Shown here: positions 36,742 to 50,000 of the stretch, piece by piece
Position numbering within the stretch: the first letter of the stretch is position 1
How the letters are laid out: each line of letters starts with the position of its first letter
Assembly (NCBI GenBank): GCA_002245135.1
Contig: NGBS01000584.1
Coordinates: 248,001-312,000, forward strand
Direction of reading: 5' to 3'
DNA from: Proteromonas lacertae
Taxonomy: Eukaryota
DNA length: 64,000 bases
Position numbers and translations under genes: made by a program
Notes under the pieces: generated by a model
The model's input: only the letters and a program-made list of their open reading frames with translations
The model's database searches: none
Told to the model about the DNA's origin: nothing

Positions 36742-39700
36742 TTAATTAATTACAATTTTGCCATTGTTCCATATACTTTTCTGTAATTCTTTTATTTTTG
36801 TTTCTTTATTCAATATATCATTCATTAACTCAGAAAACTTGTTGGTCTTTTCTAATTCCAACTTATTAACAGCTTCATTAATGGATTGTTCAATCTTCTC
36901 TTTTTCTTTTTCCTGCAATTCATTTTTAATTCTTTCAATTTCTTCCTCTTTTTCTTTATTTATTTTCTCAACAACTACTTTACTTTCTTCTTCTAATATT
37001 TTCATTTTATTTTCTATTTCTTCTACTTTTTTGTCCGTTTCATCTTTACTTGCTTTTAATTCATTCAATTGTTGTTCTTTTACTTCAATTTCACTATTCA
37101 ATGACTGAATTTGATTAGATTTTTCTTCATCTAAACTCTTCATTCTATTCTCTATTTCTTCAACCTTCTTTACTGATTCTGACTTTAATTGGTTTAATTC
37201 TTCCTCGTGCTTTGACTTCAATTCATTCATTTTCTGTTCTTTTTCTTCTAATAATTTCATTTTTTCATTTTCATAGGATGATTTCAATTCATCCATCTTT
37301 TTCTGATTTTCACTCTTAATTTCTTTCTCTTTATTATTCATCTCTGTTTTCCATTCTAATTCTTTTTCTTTCAATTCGTTTGAATTATTCTCTTTTAACG
37401 TGTTCATTTCATTATCATGCGATTCTTTTAATTCATTTATTTCGTTCTGATGATTCTTCTTTTCACTTTCAATCTTATTATCTAATTCTTCATTCTTTAA
37501 TTTCATCTTTTCATAATTATCATTCAATTCTTTCAATTCATTTTTATACTTTGATTCTATTTCATTCATCTTATTCTGAAACTCTTTTTCCAATTCTTCC
37601 TTTTGTTTAGACAATAGTGAAATCTTTTCATTTTCATACATCTCTTTTTCTCTTGCAATAGCATTTTCAACTGATTTTGTTATTGCACTAGCTTGATCTT
37701 CACCAAATGAATTCTGTTGTTCTTTTAATGCAGCTTCTATGGCTTTGTTCTTTTCTTTATCCAATTCACACTTCTGATTTACAAGTGCTCTTTCTATTGA
37801 TTCTGATTTATCTTTCTCAAATGAACTATTTAACTTTTCTATTTCTTCTGATTGAGTTTTGTTTATACTATTTATCTTTTCTTCATATTCTGATGTTAAT
37901 TTTGAGATTTTATCTTCAAAAGTTTTATTTAAATTACTCTTTTCTTCTTCAAAATCATTCTTCATCTTATTCATTCTTTCTGTAAATTCATTCTTTTGGT
38001 TATTTAAAGCTTCTTGTTTTGTTTTTTCTAATGCATTTCTTTCCTTTTCAATAGCCAATAACATTGTTTGATTTGCTTCTTCTCCTTTATCATTGGTTAA
38101 CATCTCTTTTTCTCTTTCAAATTCTTGTTTCTTCCTTTCCATATCATCTTTTAATTCTTTTAATTTTGTTTCATATTCTGATCTTATAGATTCTATTTTC
38201 TTGTTATTATCTATCTCTATTTCACTTAGTTTGTTTGTATTTTCTTTCTTTATCTCCTCTATTTTCTTTTCATATTCTTCTTTTATTTCTTTTGATTTAT
38301 CAACAGTTGATGTAACTACAGTTGGTTGCTGAATATTTATACTATTCACTTTATTTTCTAATTCTTTTTTCTCATTTTCATATCTCTCTGTTATTCTCTT
38401 CTTTTCTTCATCATTCTCTAGTTTCATCTTCTCCAAATCATTTTCTATCTGTTTCTTACTCTCTTTTATATCATCCAACTCTTTATTCAAACTTTCAATC
38501 ATTTTTTCTTTATTACCTTGTTGATTGATTAATTCATTATATTTCATTTCAATCTCTTTCTTTTCATTTTCTATTCTTTTCATTACTTCATCATCATTAT
38601 TACCATTACCACTAACATTATTATCTCTTGGTGTAGTTGGAGTTGTTGGTTGTTGTATTGCATTAGCTTTATTACTGTTATTCAACTTCTGTGATAATGT
38701 TTCTATTCTTCCTTCATATTCCATTTTAATTTGATCAATGACTGTACCAATTCTTTCATCATATTCCTTCTGCTTTATTTCCAGTGATTTCTGTAAATCT
38801 TGATTCATTTGTTCAGTCAATTCAATCATTGATTTCATCTTTTCTTCTTCTAATTTCTTCTTTTCTATATTCAATCTTTCTTCTAAATCTTTTTCATGTT
38901 CTTTTTGTGTTTCTTTCAATAGATTTTCAGTTTCCTTTTGTAATTCATCTATCTGTTTTCTTAATATAACCACTTCTGGATCAACTCCTTTGGATTTCTT
39001 TATGGCTGATAATGCATCATCTACTGCTTTTTTCTTTTGTTGTTCTATACTTTTCATCACGGAATCTACCTTCTGTACTGCTTCTGATTTGATTTTTCTA
39101 ATGGTTTCGTCTCTTTCTTGTTCAATTGATTGAATTTTTGATTTTGTTTCATTTTCTTTTTTTGTTACTTCATATTCTTTATCTAATACATCTTGTTTCA
39201 ATTTTAATATTGTCTTATGGAATTGATCTGCTGTGAAATATAAACTACTGACCAGTAAATCTCTTTGCTTGTTTTGAAAGGGAGTTCCATCTGGAAATAA
39301 TGGGTTTAATGAGTTTTGGATTGTAAATCGACGTTTGCTTGGACCTTCTTGTAATGCTTGTAGTAATGTTGAATTTAATTCTTTTTGAGAGATTGATATT
39401 GTACTGGTAGTACTTGTAGTTGGTGTTGTTACTTTAGGAGATATTAGATTAACTGCAGCTGGTACTGGTTCCGGTTGACTATTAATATCTGGGAATGAAG
39501 CTGTTAAAGATAGTGGATCTGAATCCATAGGAAGTGAAACAGGAGGAGAAGCAAAGAAATCTGTAGAGAATGTGTCTGTTGCTCCACTTGATACATTCAA
39601 ACCACCAAATAAATCATCTGTACTACTTGTTGGTTGAGGTTCTGGCTCTGGAACAACAGGCTGTGGATTATCAACAACAGAATTCATAATATCAAACAAT

Positions 39701-39860
39701 CCGGCTTCTTCATCAACCTTGGGCTTGGGTGGTTCTTGCACCACTGGCTTTTGTGCTTGTCTAATAAATAAATAAAAAAAACTAATACTGTTGTTGTTCT
39801 TTTTTGTTTTTACCAAATAATCCCCACTATAATGATAAATGATGTGATTTAATATACCAT
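36742..39860 (-). CDS. Long E/K-rich coiled-coil protein with a disordered N-terminus
   Basis: Exon 1 contributes only the ATG (39858-39860), then WGLFGKNKKEQQQQAQKP. About 800 aa of E/K-rich heptad-like sequence; N-terminal DDLFGGL and DFF motifs. Confidence 0.75.
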
Positions 39861-39997
39861 ATGAAAAAGTGATATCAGATTGATTTAAAGGATCAAATTT
39901 TGACTTTTTTAAAAAGATCGAACCACGATCAGATCCTGTGATTCTCAAGCTTTAGTTTGGCTTGATTTGATAAAACTGTTTTTTCGTTTTTGATTTT

Positions 39998-41061
39998 ATG
40001 GAGGAAGAAACTGATGAATACAATCCATTTGTGGAAGAATCGATCAATGATGAACCAATAAATAATGTGTCAATTTGTGTGTATTATGATTCAAGTCGTA
40101 TTTTTTTGTCTTTTAATATTCGAAGGTGGAGCTGATAAAGCTACTCAGATTGGAACATGGGCAAGAAGAAGTAAAGGATTAATTACTCTATTTTATGTTG
40201 TGTATGAAAATCCTTGTTTTATATTTTAGTCGAGGTTACGGAGAGATTGAATCATCAAGTGATTGGATTAAAAACAAAGTAATACCACCTTTATTAAAAT
40301 TATGTCCTTCTAAATATATAAATTATGATTATTTTGAAACAACAGCTAAAATACCAGATTCAATGCTTTATCAATACATAGAAGAAAAAACACAGAAAAC
40401 ACTAAGTAGTGGTGCAATAATTCCACTTTCTGATACAAGTGGAACAAATCTATTTGGAATTAGTATTAATTACCATCAATAATATTATTTAAATAGCTAT
40501 ATTATCTCGACAAGCATTGTACAACATATCTGTACCAACATTATTTACTAAAATTGAAGGTCCGATTCTCAATCCAACAATTCCAACAACATCAGTTATT
40601 TTATTACCTTCTCTTCAACCTGCTATATTGACACTTATTAAAAAGTCATGTTTTTATATCAGAGTATATTGTAATTGTTATTATCATATTTAATATAGCC
40701 TGGAGATAATGTAATATTGTTTCACATTCAAAATGTTGAAAATGATATGAGTAGAACAGAAAGTGAAAATGAAGAAATAAAAAATGAAAATAATGTAATA
40801 AATAAGCTAATAGAGCAAGGAAAGGGATATTTAGAAAAGCAAATGTTTAATTGTTATATTGAAATACAAGATATGGATCCTAATTATACTATTCAACAGC
40901 AAATTATCAATTATTTATCTCATAATCAATCAATAGGTTTTGTGACTGTTGGATGTCAACATAAGAATATAAATGAGAAAATGTCATTTGATTTGACTTA
41001 TAGTATTGCTGAATATGTTGTTAGATATTCAAGAACACATACTCTAGTTGTTAAAGTTTAA
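39998..41061 (+). CDS. Tandem universal stress protein (USP)-like protein
   Basis: Spliced ICVYYDSSRGADKATQIG..ITLFYV; PGDNVILFHI; FVTVG; SIAEYVVRYSRTHTLVVK. Confidence 0.65.
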
Positions 41062-41153
41062 TAATTTTATATATTCTTTTATGTTTCTTCCTAATCAACA
41101 CAAATTCATTATAAGAATCATATGAATATAATAAACTAATAATAAAGAAATAA

Positions 41154-44100
41154 TTATTTCTTATTTGCCTTTTCAATTTCGTTTTCTTCAACTATTTCAT
41201 AATCATTTTGGTGATAAATTAAGTACTTCTTATCTTTCAATTTTCTGATAATTATACCTTCATCAGCACTGTTTTTATTAATTATAATTATATCATTAGT
41301 CTTAAATTTTGATTTTGTTTTTTTCTTTTCCATATACTCTGGTTTTACATTTTTGTAAGTTTCTGTATTACTACATTTTATAACATATTTGTTATTCTCT
41401 AATTTCTTTATTATATCTCCATCAAATACATTTCTATATTCAGAATGATAATATTGAATTTCTTCATTTTCTTCATATTCTAAACCATCTTTCAACTCTA
41501 TATCATTAATGTCAACATCAACCATAATTTTCTTATCATCATTCTTCATCAATTTAACAGTATTATCATTAACAATTTGAATGATTCTATACTCAACCTC
41601 TTTGTGTAAAACTATATCACCAACTCTATAAACTGAATCAATATAATAACATGGATAAATTTCTGTATATTTTCTATCTTTCAACAACATTTTACTATTT
41701 GATGAAAATATATCATATAAATAATTATGAATTCTATTAATTTTTCCTTCAATCCAACCAAGTTCTTTAGATTTCACCATAACTGGTTCACCTAATTGAT
41801 AGTTATGCTGATATATCACATTTTCACCTTTATTCGTTTTTATTGTTGGAGTTGTAAGGTCTGGTTTAATCAATGATTTATCAACCATTTCTGAATAACA
41901 TAAACATTTCTTATCACTTATATTTCCTTCATAAATAATATTAAATGTATGATTATGATTTATCTTTATAATTTCACCAGCATAACTCATATATTCTATT
42001 TTATCATGAATATTGTATTGATTATTATCCAAATATAATGAATAGTTATTACCTCTTACATACTCTTCATTCAATATCCTTCTTTCTACTTCTCCTTTTT
42101 CATTTGTAAATAAAACATCATCATTTTTATAATAAAATGGATTATATACATTATCATATAATCTAATATTCAATGGGTTAATTTCCTTTTCTTCTTTCTT
42201 AGTATTTTCATTAATTATTGTATATGTCTTACCATCATTTCCTTTAATTGTACCTTTTTCCCAAATTAGAGATTTAGTATTGTATATTACTTTTACACCA
42301 TTTTCAAATGGTTTATTCTTATCTTCAACAAATGGTTTTATTTGCTCATTTTCTAAAGTAATGGGTTTTCCAGTTGAAAATAAATAAACAGAATATTTCC
42401 ATTCACCAATATATTTTTCTATTTTTCCTTTTTCCCATTTCCCGTTATTCTTTACATCAACAAATACTATCTCATTAGGTGAATATATTCTTTTAATATT
42501 ATTAATTGAATAAGCATTGTAATGAATTCTACGAACTTCATAATTCTTTTTATCAACCTCTCTTATAATTCTGAAATACGTTTTTTGATTATGTTTATCA
42601 TAAACATATACAACATCATTAATATGAATGTCACTTCCATCCTCCTTTAAAAAATATTCTTTTGAATAATTTTCTAAATTAGTATAACCAATATAACATT
42701 GCTCATTATTAGTATTATCTACATAATACTCAAATATACCATCAGTCCATTTTCCACCATCATAATATTTTATATTATCACCAGTTTTAAAGAATAAACC
42801 TTCTCCTTGCATTATATTATTTTCTAAATTCACATCTTCTTCATAATAATCAATATAATTAGCATCTTTTAGTTTATTCATTTTATAAATATTATATGTT
42901 CCATCAGGATTTTTACTATGTATTATTCCTGTAGTTTTTTCAAATCCACCTTTTGGTATAAATTCAACTTCTATTCCAATTGAATTAGATTTTATAACAT
43001 AATTAGAATCATATGGATAAACATCATCTATTTCTACAATCATAACATCATTCTGTATTACAATATCATAATGTTGTTTATTATCATGTATTTTGGTAAT
43101 AATTCCAATATTTCCATCTCTATCAATCACTCTATCTCCTATCACTAATTCTCTTTTCTATTATAAATAAATATTAATATATAGAAATACTGGAACTGCT
43201 TTTATTGCTTCTTTCAACTTATCCAATCTACTTTTATAATCTGATAATTTTCTTTCTTTTTGTTTATAATCATTTAACCATTTCTTTGTATAATAAAGTT
43301 GATATATTGCATTTATTATCTCAATTGTTTTACTTAAATATTTCAATCTAAAATCATTTCTTTCACTATATTATATATGAACAAATATATCATACCATAA
43401 ACTATTCATTTCTTTAATACAATCAACTGCTTCATCTAAGCTTTTAATAAAATCATCAAAATCTACTTTCGTTGTAACTTCATTTAAATCATCTTTATTT
43501 ATATTCATATTGAAATCTTCAACCCATTTACTAAATCTTTCATAATTCCTTTTATATTCATTTAATTCATTCAAATGATAAGCTCTTGCTACTGGTTCTC
43601 TGTCTTTTCTATTTATATAACAATCAAATAATTCTATACAATGTTGAATCTATGTGTATTTCTATTTGTATTTTATCAATTACTTTCTAAAAAATATAAA
43701 ATCATTATATATATACTTCTAATGCTTTACATTTTTCGACCATTTCCTTTTCTTTCTTTTTAAAATATTCTAAAGGTTGATCTACATTCTTTTTTGCTTT
43801 AATATCATTAAGTATTCCAGAAAGATCATTAGAAAGATCATTAAATTCGGTTAAACTGTATTTTGAGATTTTATCTTTATAAGCATATCTATTTTCATAA
43901 TAATATGAATAATTAATACATCTTAGTTTCCATCTCATTCTTTAATGATGATATTTCTTTGTTATTCTTCTCGTTTGTTAGGATTTCTTCTTCATTATAC
44001 CATAAATCATCACAATATTTCACTAATAGATCATTCCCGTCATCTATTTTAACAGTGTAATCATTAACATGATCAATCAATTCATTTAATATATTTAAAC

Positions 44101-46829
44101 ATCTCTTCACATCTTCAATTTGTTCAGATGGAAATGATAATAAATCTAATAAAAGTGATATTATTATTGAATATGATTCTCTTTGTTGTACTTTATTTAA
44201 TATTTCTAAACTCTTTTCATCAATTGATGGAAACTAATGAAATTATAAAAAAGAATCAATTATACTGTTTCTTTAATTTTTTGTATTAACTTTTGACCTA
44301 AATCATTTCCCTCTCCTTTTAATTCTTTCAACATTTTTTCAACTTTCGTTTTATCTCCACTTGCCTAAGATAATATAATGCTAATATACTAATAAATTTG
44401 TTAAATCATCAATCTTCGAAATATTAACATCTTCAAAAACAGAAGTAAAAATTGATTTATATGTTTCTGACCTAGTATGCTTGAAACAACTACATTTATA
44501 TTCTCCATTTAATTCACTTTTCAACAAATTTCTAACTTCTTTTAACTCATCATAGATGTATTTAAAGCTGTCTAAACATTTTAAATCATCTTGATGTAAT
44601 ATAATATAGAATTGAATATAGTATTTATAACAATTAATGTAATATAAAAGAAGATCATTCTTAATTATTTTTTCTTTTAAAACTTCATCAAGCTTAAAGA
44701 AACTATATAAGAAATAATTGCATTATCTATACATAAAATTCTTTATTTTAGCTAATATCTTAGTCATATTCTTTTTATTCTTTATATTATCACCATCAAT
44801 TACAATTCTTGAATATTTGTCATTAATATTATATGATATTCTGTTATTAATAATTGCATCATAATATGAACAACCAGTTGATACACATTCATCCATATTT
44901 AGTGTTAAATTCAATGTTTGAATCTCTGCATTATTCTTTTTTAGAACTTTTATTAATTCATGCTGGAATAATGGAATTCTTGTTGTTCCACCTGCAATCA
45001 CTATTTGCATTTTCTTTTCATCAATTTCACCAGCTTCTTTCATTGTTTTAGCAATAACAGCATTGAACTTACTAACAAAACCATCCTTTTCTAGAAGTAA
45101 TTTGTTTAGATCATCAATTTTGAATTCATGTTGAAAATCTTCCTCTCCATCATCCAACAATCCATCAACATTAATCATTGTCTATATATCAATAATAATA
45201 TAAAACAATACAGATGTTGCTCCAACTGGAGTTAATTTCTCTTTTCCATCAATTGCTCCTTTCACTAGCTTTGTATATAATTTCAAACTGTTTTCTATTT
45301 TTTTAACATCTTCTTTATGTTTATCTTTAATTACATCTAATAAATACTCTGTTATTTTCTCATCAATAAGTTCACCATTTAAATCTTGAATATGATTATG
45401 ATTCATTACTTCTAATCCATACTATTTAATATGATAATAAACTTAAATAAATACTTCTTCTTTAATTGAATCATTATGATATTTTACAATTGTACAATTA
45501 CAACATGAATAACCAATATCAACAAATAAATAACATCTTTCACCATCAAATCTACTTCTATTACTATAACCAAATGTTATTGCTGTAGCTAGATAATCTG
45601 GAATAATACCATCACAATTCATTTTCAACATATTACAGAATTGATTCAATAATACTGTTTGTTTATTTGTATAATATGATGGAACTGATAAAACTATATT
45701 CTTCTCTTCATTCTGTTGTGCAGTAAATTGATTGAAATAAGTCAAATGACTAACATTATACTCAATTGTATCTCTCAATTTACTTAATAAAGTCAAATAA
45801 AACTGATCCACAATATAATATCTATCTTTTTTGTAGTATTTAATTGTATATCCTATTGCATTTAGTAAATCTTCTGTATTTTTTGGTAATTTTCCTTTTT
45901 TGTCTTTCAATTTCTCTTTTATTTCATCCCAATTTTTACCAAAATAAGGTTTAAACGATGTAACTGTATTTTCACAATCACGTATTTGCTATTAATAATG
46001 AAATATAAACTTCTATACCATTTTTTCAACTGCACTTCCTACAAAACGACTTTTATCTCTAAAACAAATACCAGTACTATATAAATAATCAATGTTATAT
46101 ACTATGTTTTTCTCTTTGATAATTCATTCTCTAATACAGTTGAAATGTTGTTTTTATCACATATTGATAAAACAATAAAACCACAACCAATATCAATACC
46201 ATAGTAATTCTTCTCTAAATGAGAATCATCTATTTATATATATATATAACAACATGTATTTATACTTCCTCTTGGTGTAGAAGATCTACTACTTCTCATT
46301 GATGATTTTCTTTGGGATGTGGTTAATGGACCTTTTTTTTGATGTTCTCTATTTTCCATTTCATTTAAATCATCTGCTAATTGTGATCCTGTTGATAGAC
46401 TATGTTTACTTGGTCTACTACCTGTTGTTTCTAATAGTCATATATTCATCAATTTAAATATACCTCCTTCACCCGTTGGTGGACCAGGTAATTTATCTTT
46501 TCCATTTTGTTGACTTCTTGCATTTTTGTTCGTATTTTCACCTTCAATTGCGCCTATATAATATTAATATATTTTCTAATGGATATTTTTACAACCGAAA
46601 GACAAAGATTTAGTAAATTTGTGTAATTAGAGTCAGAGGAGAATATGATGCAACACATCAAGCATATAGATTTTATTGATTCAAAATACTGTACAAAAAT
46701 GGAATTATAATCGCATTAAGAAAAATAGAGTAATATATACCTCCTGTAGCAGATATATTACTTTCATTCTTTTTTGTATCACCCTATATCACAAAATATA
46801 CCAAATAATTATACTGAATGACTGGACAT
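41154..46829 (-). CDS. Divergent Hsp70/Hsp110 nucleotide-binding domain + helical region + tandem Tudor/Agenet-like repeats
   Basis: One spliced frame from ATG 46829: YGIDIG, VLENELSKRKT, IVLSVPSYY, LFVDIGYS, GELID, IAGGTTRIP, TLNMDECVSTGC. The last exon (41154-43158) carries repeated GD.V...W..G.I...Y units. Confidence 0.72.
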
Positions 46830-47042
46830 AACACTAAAAAGCAGAAATAAAATCTTAAGTCAAAAATTCAAACTCTACTTTACAGTGAGCAAAAATAAGT
46901 TCACATTTCTATTATTAATAGCAAAAAATAATTTTATCATTTACTTATATGTCATGATAGTATATGGAATATTTTATGAAATATCAATACTGTAAAAAAA
47001 CTAATGAGATATAAAAGCAATAATATATAACATTATCATAGA

Positions 47043-50000
47043 TTATATGTCTATATAGTATCTGTAATAGTAACTATACCTTCCACCATATTTATAGGAT
47101 ATTCCCTTAGTCCTTTTGAAACAACAATAACATTTGTATTTAACGTGTTATCATTGATCTTATAACACATTTTGTATATCTTTTCATCGTTATGACCAAC
47201 AATTACACCATTAAGTATAATCAGCTTCTTCTGTTTGAAGTTCTCAGAATTTTCCTCTGGCATTTTAAATAAATCTGCATTATCATACTTCTCTATAACT
47301 TCAAACACTTTTCTTAACTCTAAGAAAGATATTGCTATATCAATTACAGAATTAGCAACTTTCTCATTTGCTTCAGACACTTTATACTCAACAGTAGTAA
47401 TTCTATACTTGTCACAGAAATATAAGCATTTGTATATCAATATATTATGCTTATAGCTCTCTCTAATTGGGTTTGAAAATGGTATATATCTTGAATCTTT
47501 TAACGATCTTTTGTTGGTAAAATACTTGGATGTGTTTGTTTCTGGATATAGATAATGTTTAATGGATGTTTTTGCTAAGATTTCTTTCAATTGTAAAGAG
47601 TTCATCATACTCTGATATAATTCCACAAAGAAATTAGAAATAGCTTCAGAATTTGATTTACTATATTCAACCAATAAAATTGATTCTATTGAGATATTAT
47701 CTGTGAGTAATTCTTCTTTAATATCATCTATCCTTTCAGATGTAATTATCAGCAATGACAATTTGCCACAAGTTCTAATTAGCTTCTTTAATGCATCAAT
47801 ATCATATCTAAAAGTTAATCCAGGATTCTTTGATGTTTCAAACAAGAAATAAGATGAATTATTGTTGGGATTATCATTAATACTTCTTGCAAAGATATGT
47901 AAAACTTCACAATTCATTTGAATCAAATCATTCACATTATCAAGAGTTGCATTACCAACAAACACATTAATCTCTTTTCTTATACTTAAATTCTTACATA
48001 TATCACTTACTAACACATCATATTCTGGACAAACAAACACTTCTGGTCTTTTTCCTCTCAATGAGACTAATGGTCTGCTATAAAGAAATGCAACTTGATA
48101 TAATGTTGTCTCTTGTATTGGAGTTGATGGTGATGTTGGTGTTAATAATGATAATAACGATGCTGAAGAGGATGATGTATTTGTTGTTCTTGATGTTTGA
48201 TTGTCATTTGAATACTTTGTCAATTGTTGCCAATATGTAATATTCTTTTCATTGATTGACTTGTTATTCATAGCAAAGAAATGGTATAATTGTGGATGCA
48301 ATGATAATACCAAGTTCAACTGATGTTCTATATTCTCTTTTAGTTTATTATTGGATATATTTATTACCAACAAGTTTGTACAATTTGCTAAGAATTGTGA
48401 GAAGTTGTTGAAACTTATTTCAAATGTTAATTCTGTTGATGATATATTCAATGAAGTTAAATTCCTTTTATTACTAATTGCATTGAAAAATTCTGACATG
48501 AAGTTATCTGATAATCTATTCTTTGAGAGATTCAATGATTCAAATTTAATATTTGTCATTTTAATAGCATCTATGAACTTAAAACTACTTTCATCATCAC
48601 ATAATCCATCATTAGAAAGAATTAAATGTCTTAAGGATTGTAATGAAGAGATTGAATTAATTATATAAGAAGCATTTTCACAACCAAGATTCTCAATATC
48701 TGAGAAATTCAATGAAACTAAAGATTGAAAATAAGAACCTACATTTAAAAATGGAGTTAAAGTGTTTAATGACAATTCTGAACATCTAAATTCTAATGCT
48801 TTTAGTCTTGGTAATTGAAAACCAACAGATGGAAGATATTTTTCAAATTCTTTCAAGAAATTTCCCACATTTTTAGTAACATGAATAGAAGAGAATGATG
48901 ATGTAACCATATCATTTATCACTTTATTATAATTATCAAATGTATTATCAATTAAGATATTAAATACTGTTGATGATGTAAAACATTTATTAAGATATGT
49001 AAATATTTCACTGTTGAATGAATAAGGATAATTTATGGCTTTGAAATAAACACACCAAAATGGTTTTGGCTTATTTTTATCCAATCCAGCTGAATTTGGT
49101 ACAGAATTATACAATGATTTGAATATAAACATATAACCATCTTCAGTTAAATCTTTCAACTCTATTTCATTCTTCATAGTAAATATATAAGGTTCATATT
49201 TCAATTTATAATCTTCAGAATAAATGAAAAACACTTCTCTGTATATATAAGAAGGTAAAACTCTTAATAATTCATGAATATAAGCAGGAATTGTTGGATA
49301 AACAGACTTTAAAAACGAATAATCATTATTACTGTTATCATCATCATCATCAGTATTACTATTATAATTATCTTTATTCATTGGTTTATAAGCTACACAA
49401 TTCATACATCCAACTGGAAATAACAGTTCTCTACTAGTAATCTTCAACTGCTTTATATCTGGGATTAACAGCTTCAATATATCTTCACTAGAAAATTCAT
49501 CACAAGGTTCAAACAAATCAGATGATAAATTCTTTTCATTTTTGTCATTTGAATAATTATCACCTACATCTTTAATCTTACCATTAAATGCTCTTATTGA
49601 TTTCAAGATAACTTCAACTATTTCATGTTGAATTTTGAATGAATGTTGTGTGAAATAAATATATGAATAATTATGGTAATCTGTTGGTCTGAATGGATAA
49701 TCCTTATCTATCACCATGCATTTATTGAATATTTTTTCAATATAATTGATGATTGTATTATTATTTTCACCATCTGATAATATGTTTGTGTAATAACAAT
49801 ATAGATCCACAAATTCCATTGTCATTAGAAAAGCTTGATATGAACTAACATAACTTAAATAAGATAAAAATTCATATATTATATTTAAATCATCATAATT
49901 AACTTCACTTTTAGTTTGTTTCATTACAAGCAATGAATAAATGGTTTGTATGAAATCCAATTTTGTTTCAATCGGACAGTGACATGTCATGGAATAAGGA

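Noticed and set aside
36758..38969. Hydrophobic F/S/L/I-rich antisense ORFs (also 2373-2831, 23271-23717, 60205-60567 and others)
   Set aside because: Shadow ORFs of E/K/N-rich coding sequence on the opposite strand.
39915..39932. GGTTCGA hairpin (GATCG-TGGTT-CGATC on the minus strand) resembling a tRNA T-arm; local GATC cluster
   Set aside because: No acceptor, D or anticodon stems; it lies in a short divergent promoter.
44146..44175. Intron-like AT...TAG stretch in the Hsp110-like gene
   Set aside because: The frame reads through without it, and it lacks a GT donor or the TTCTTTAAT element.
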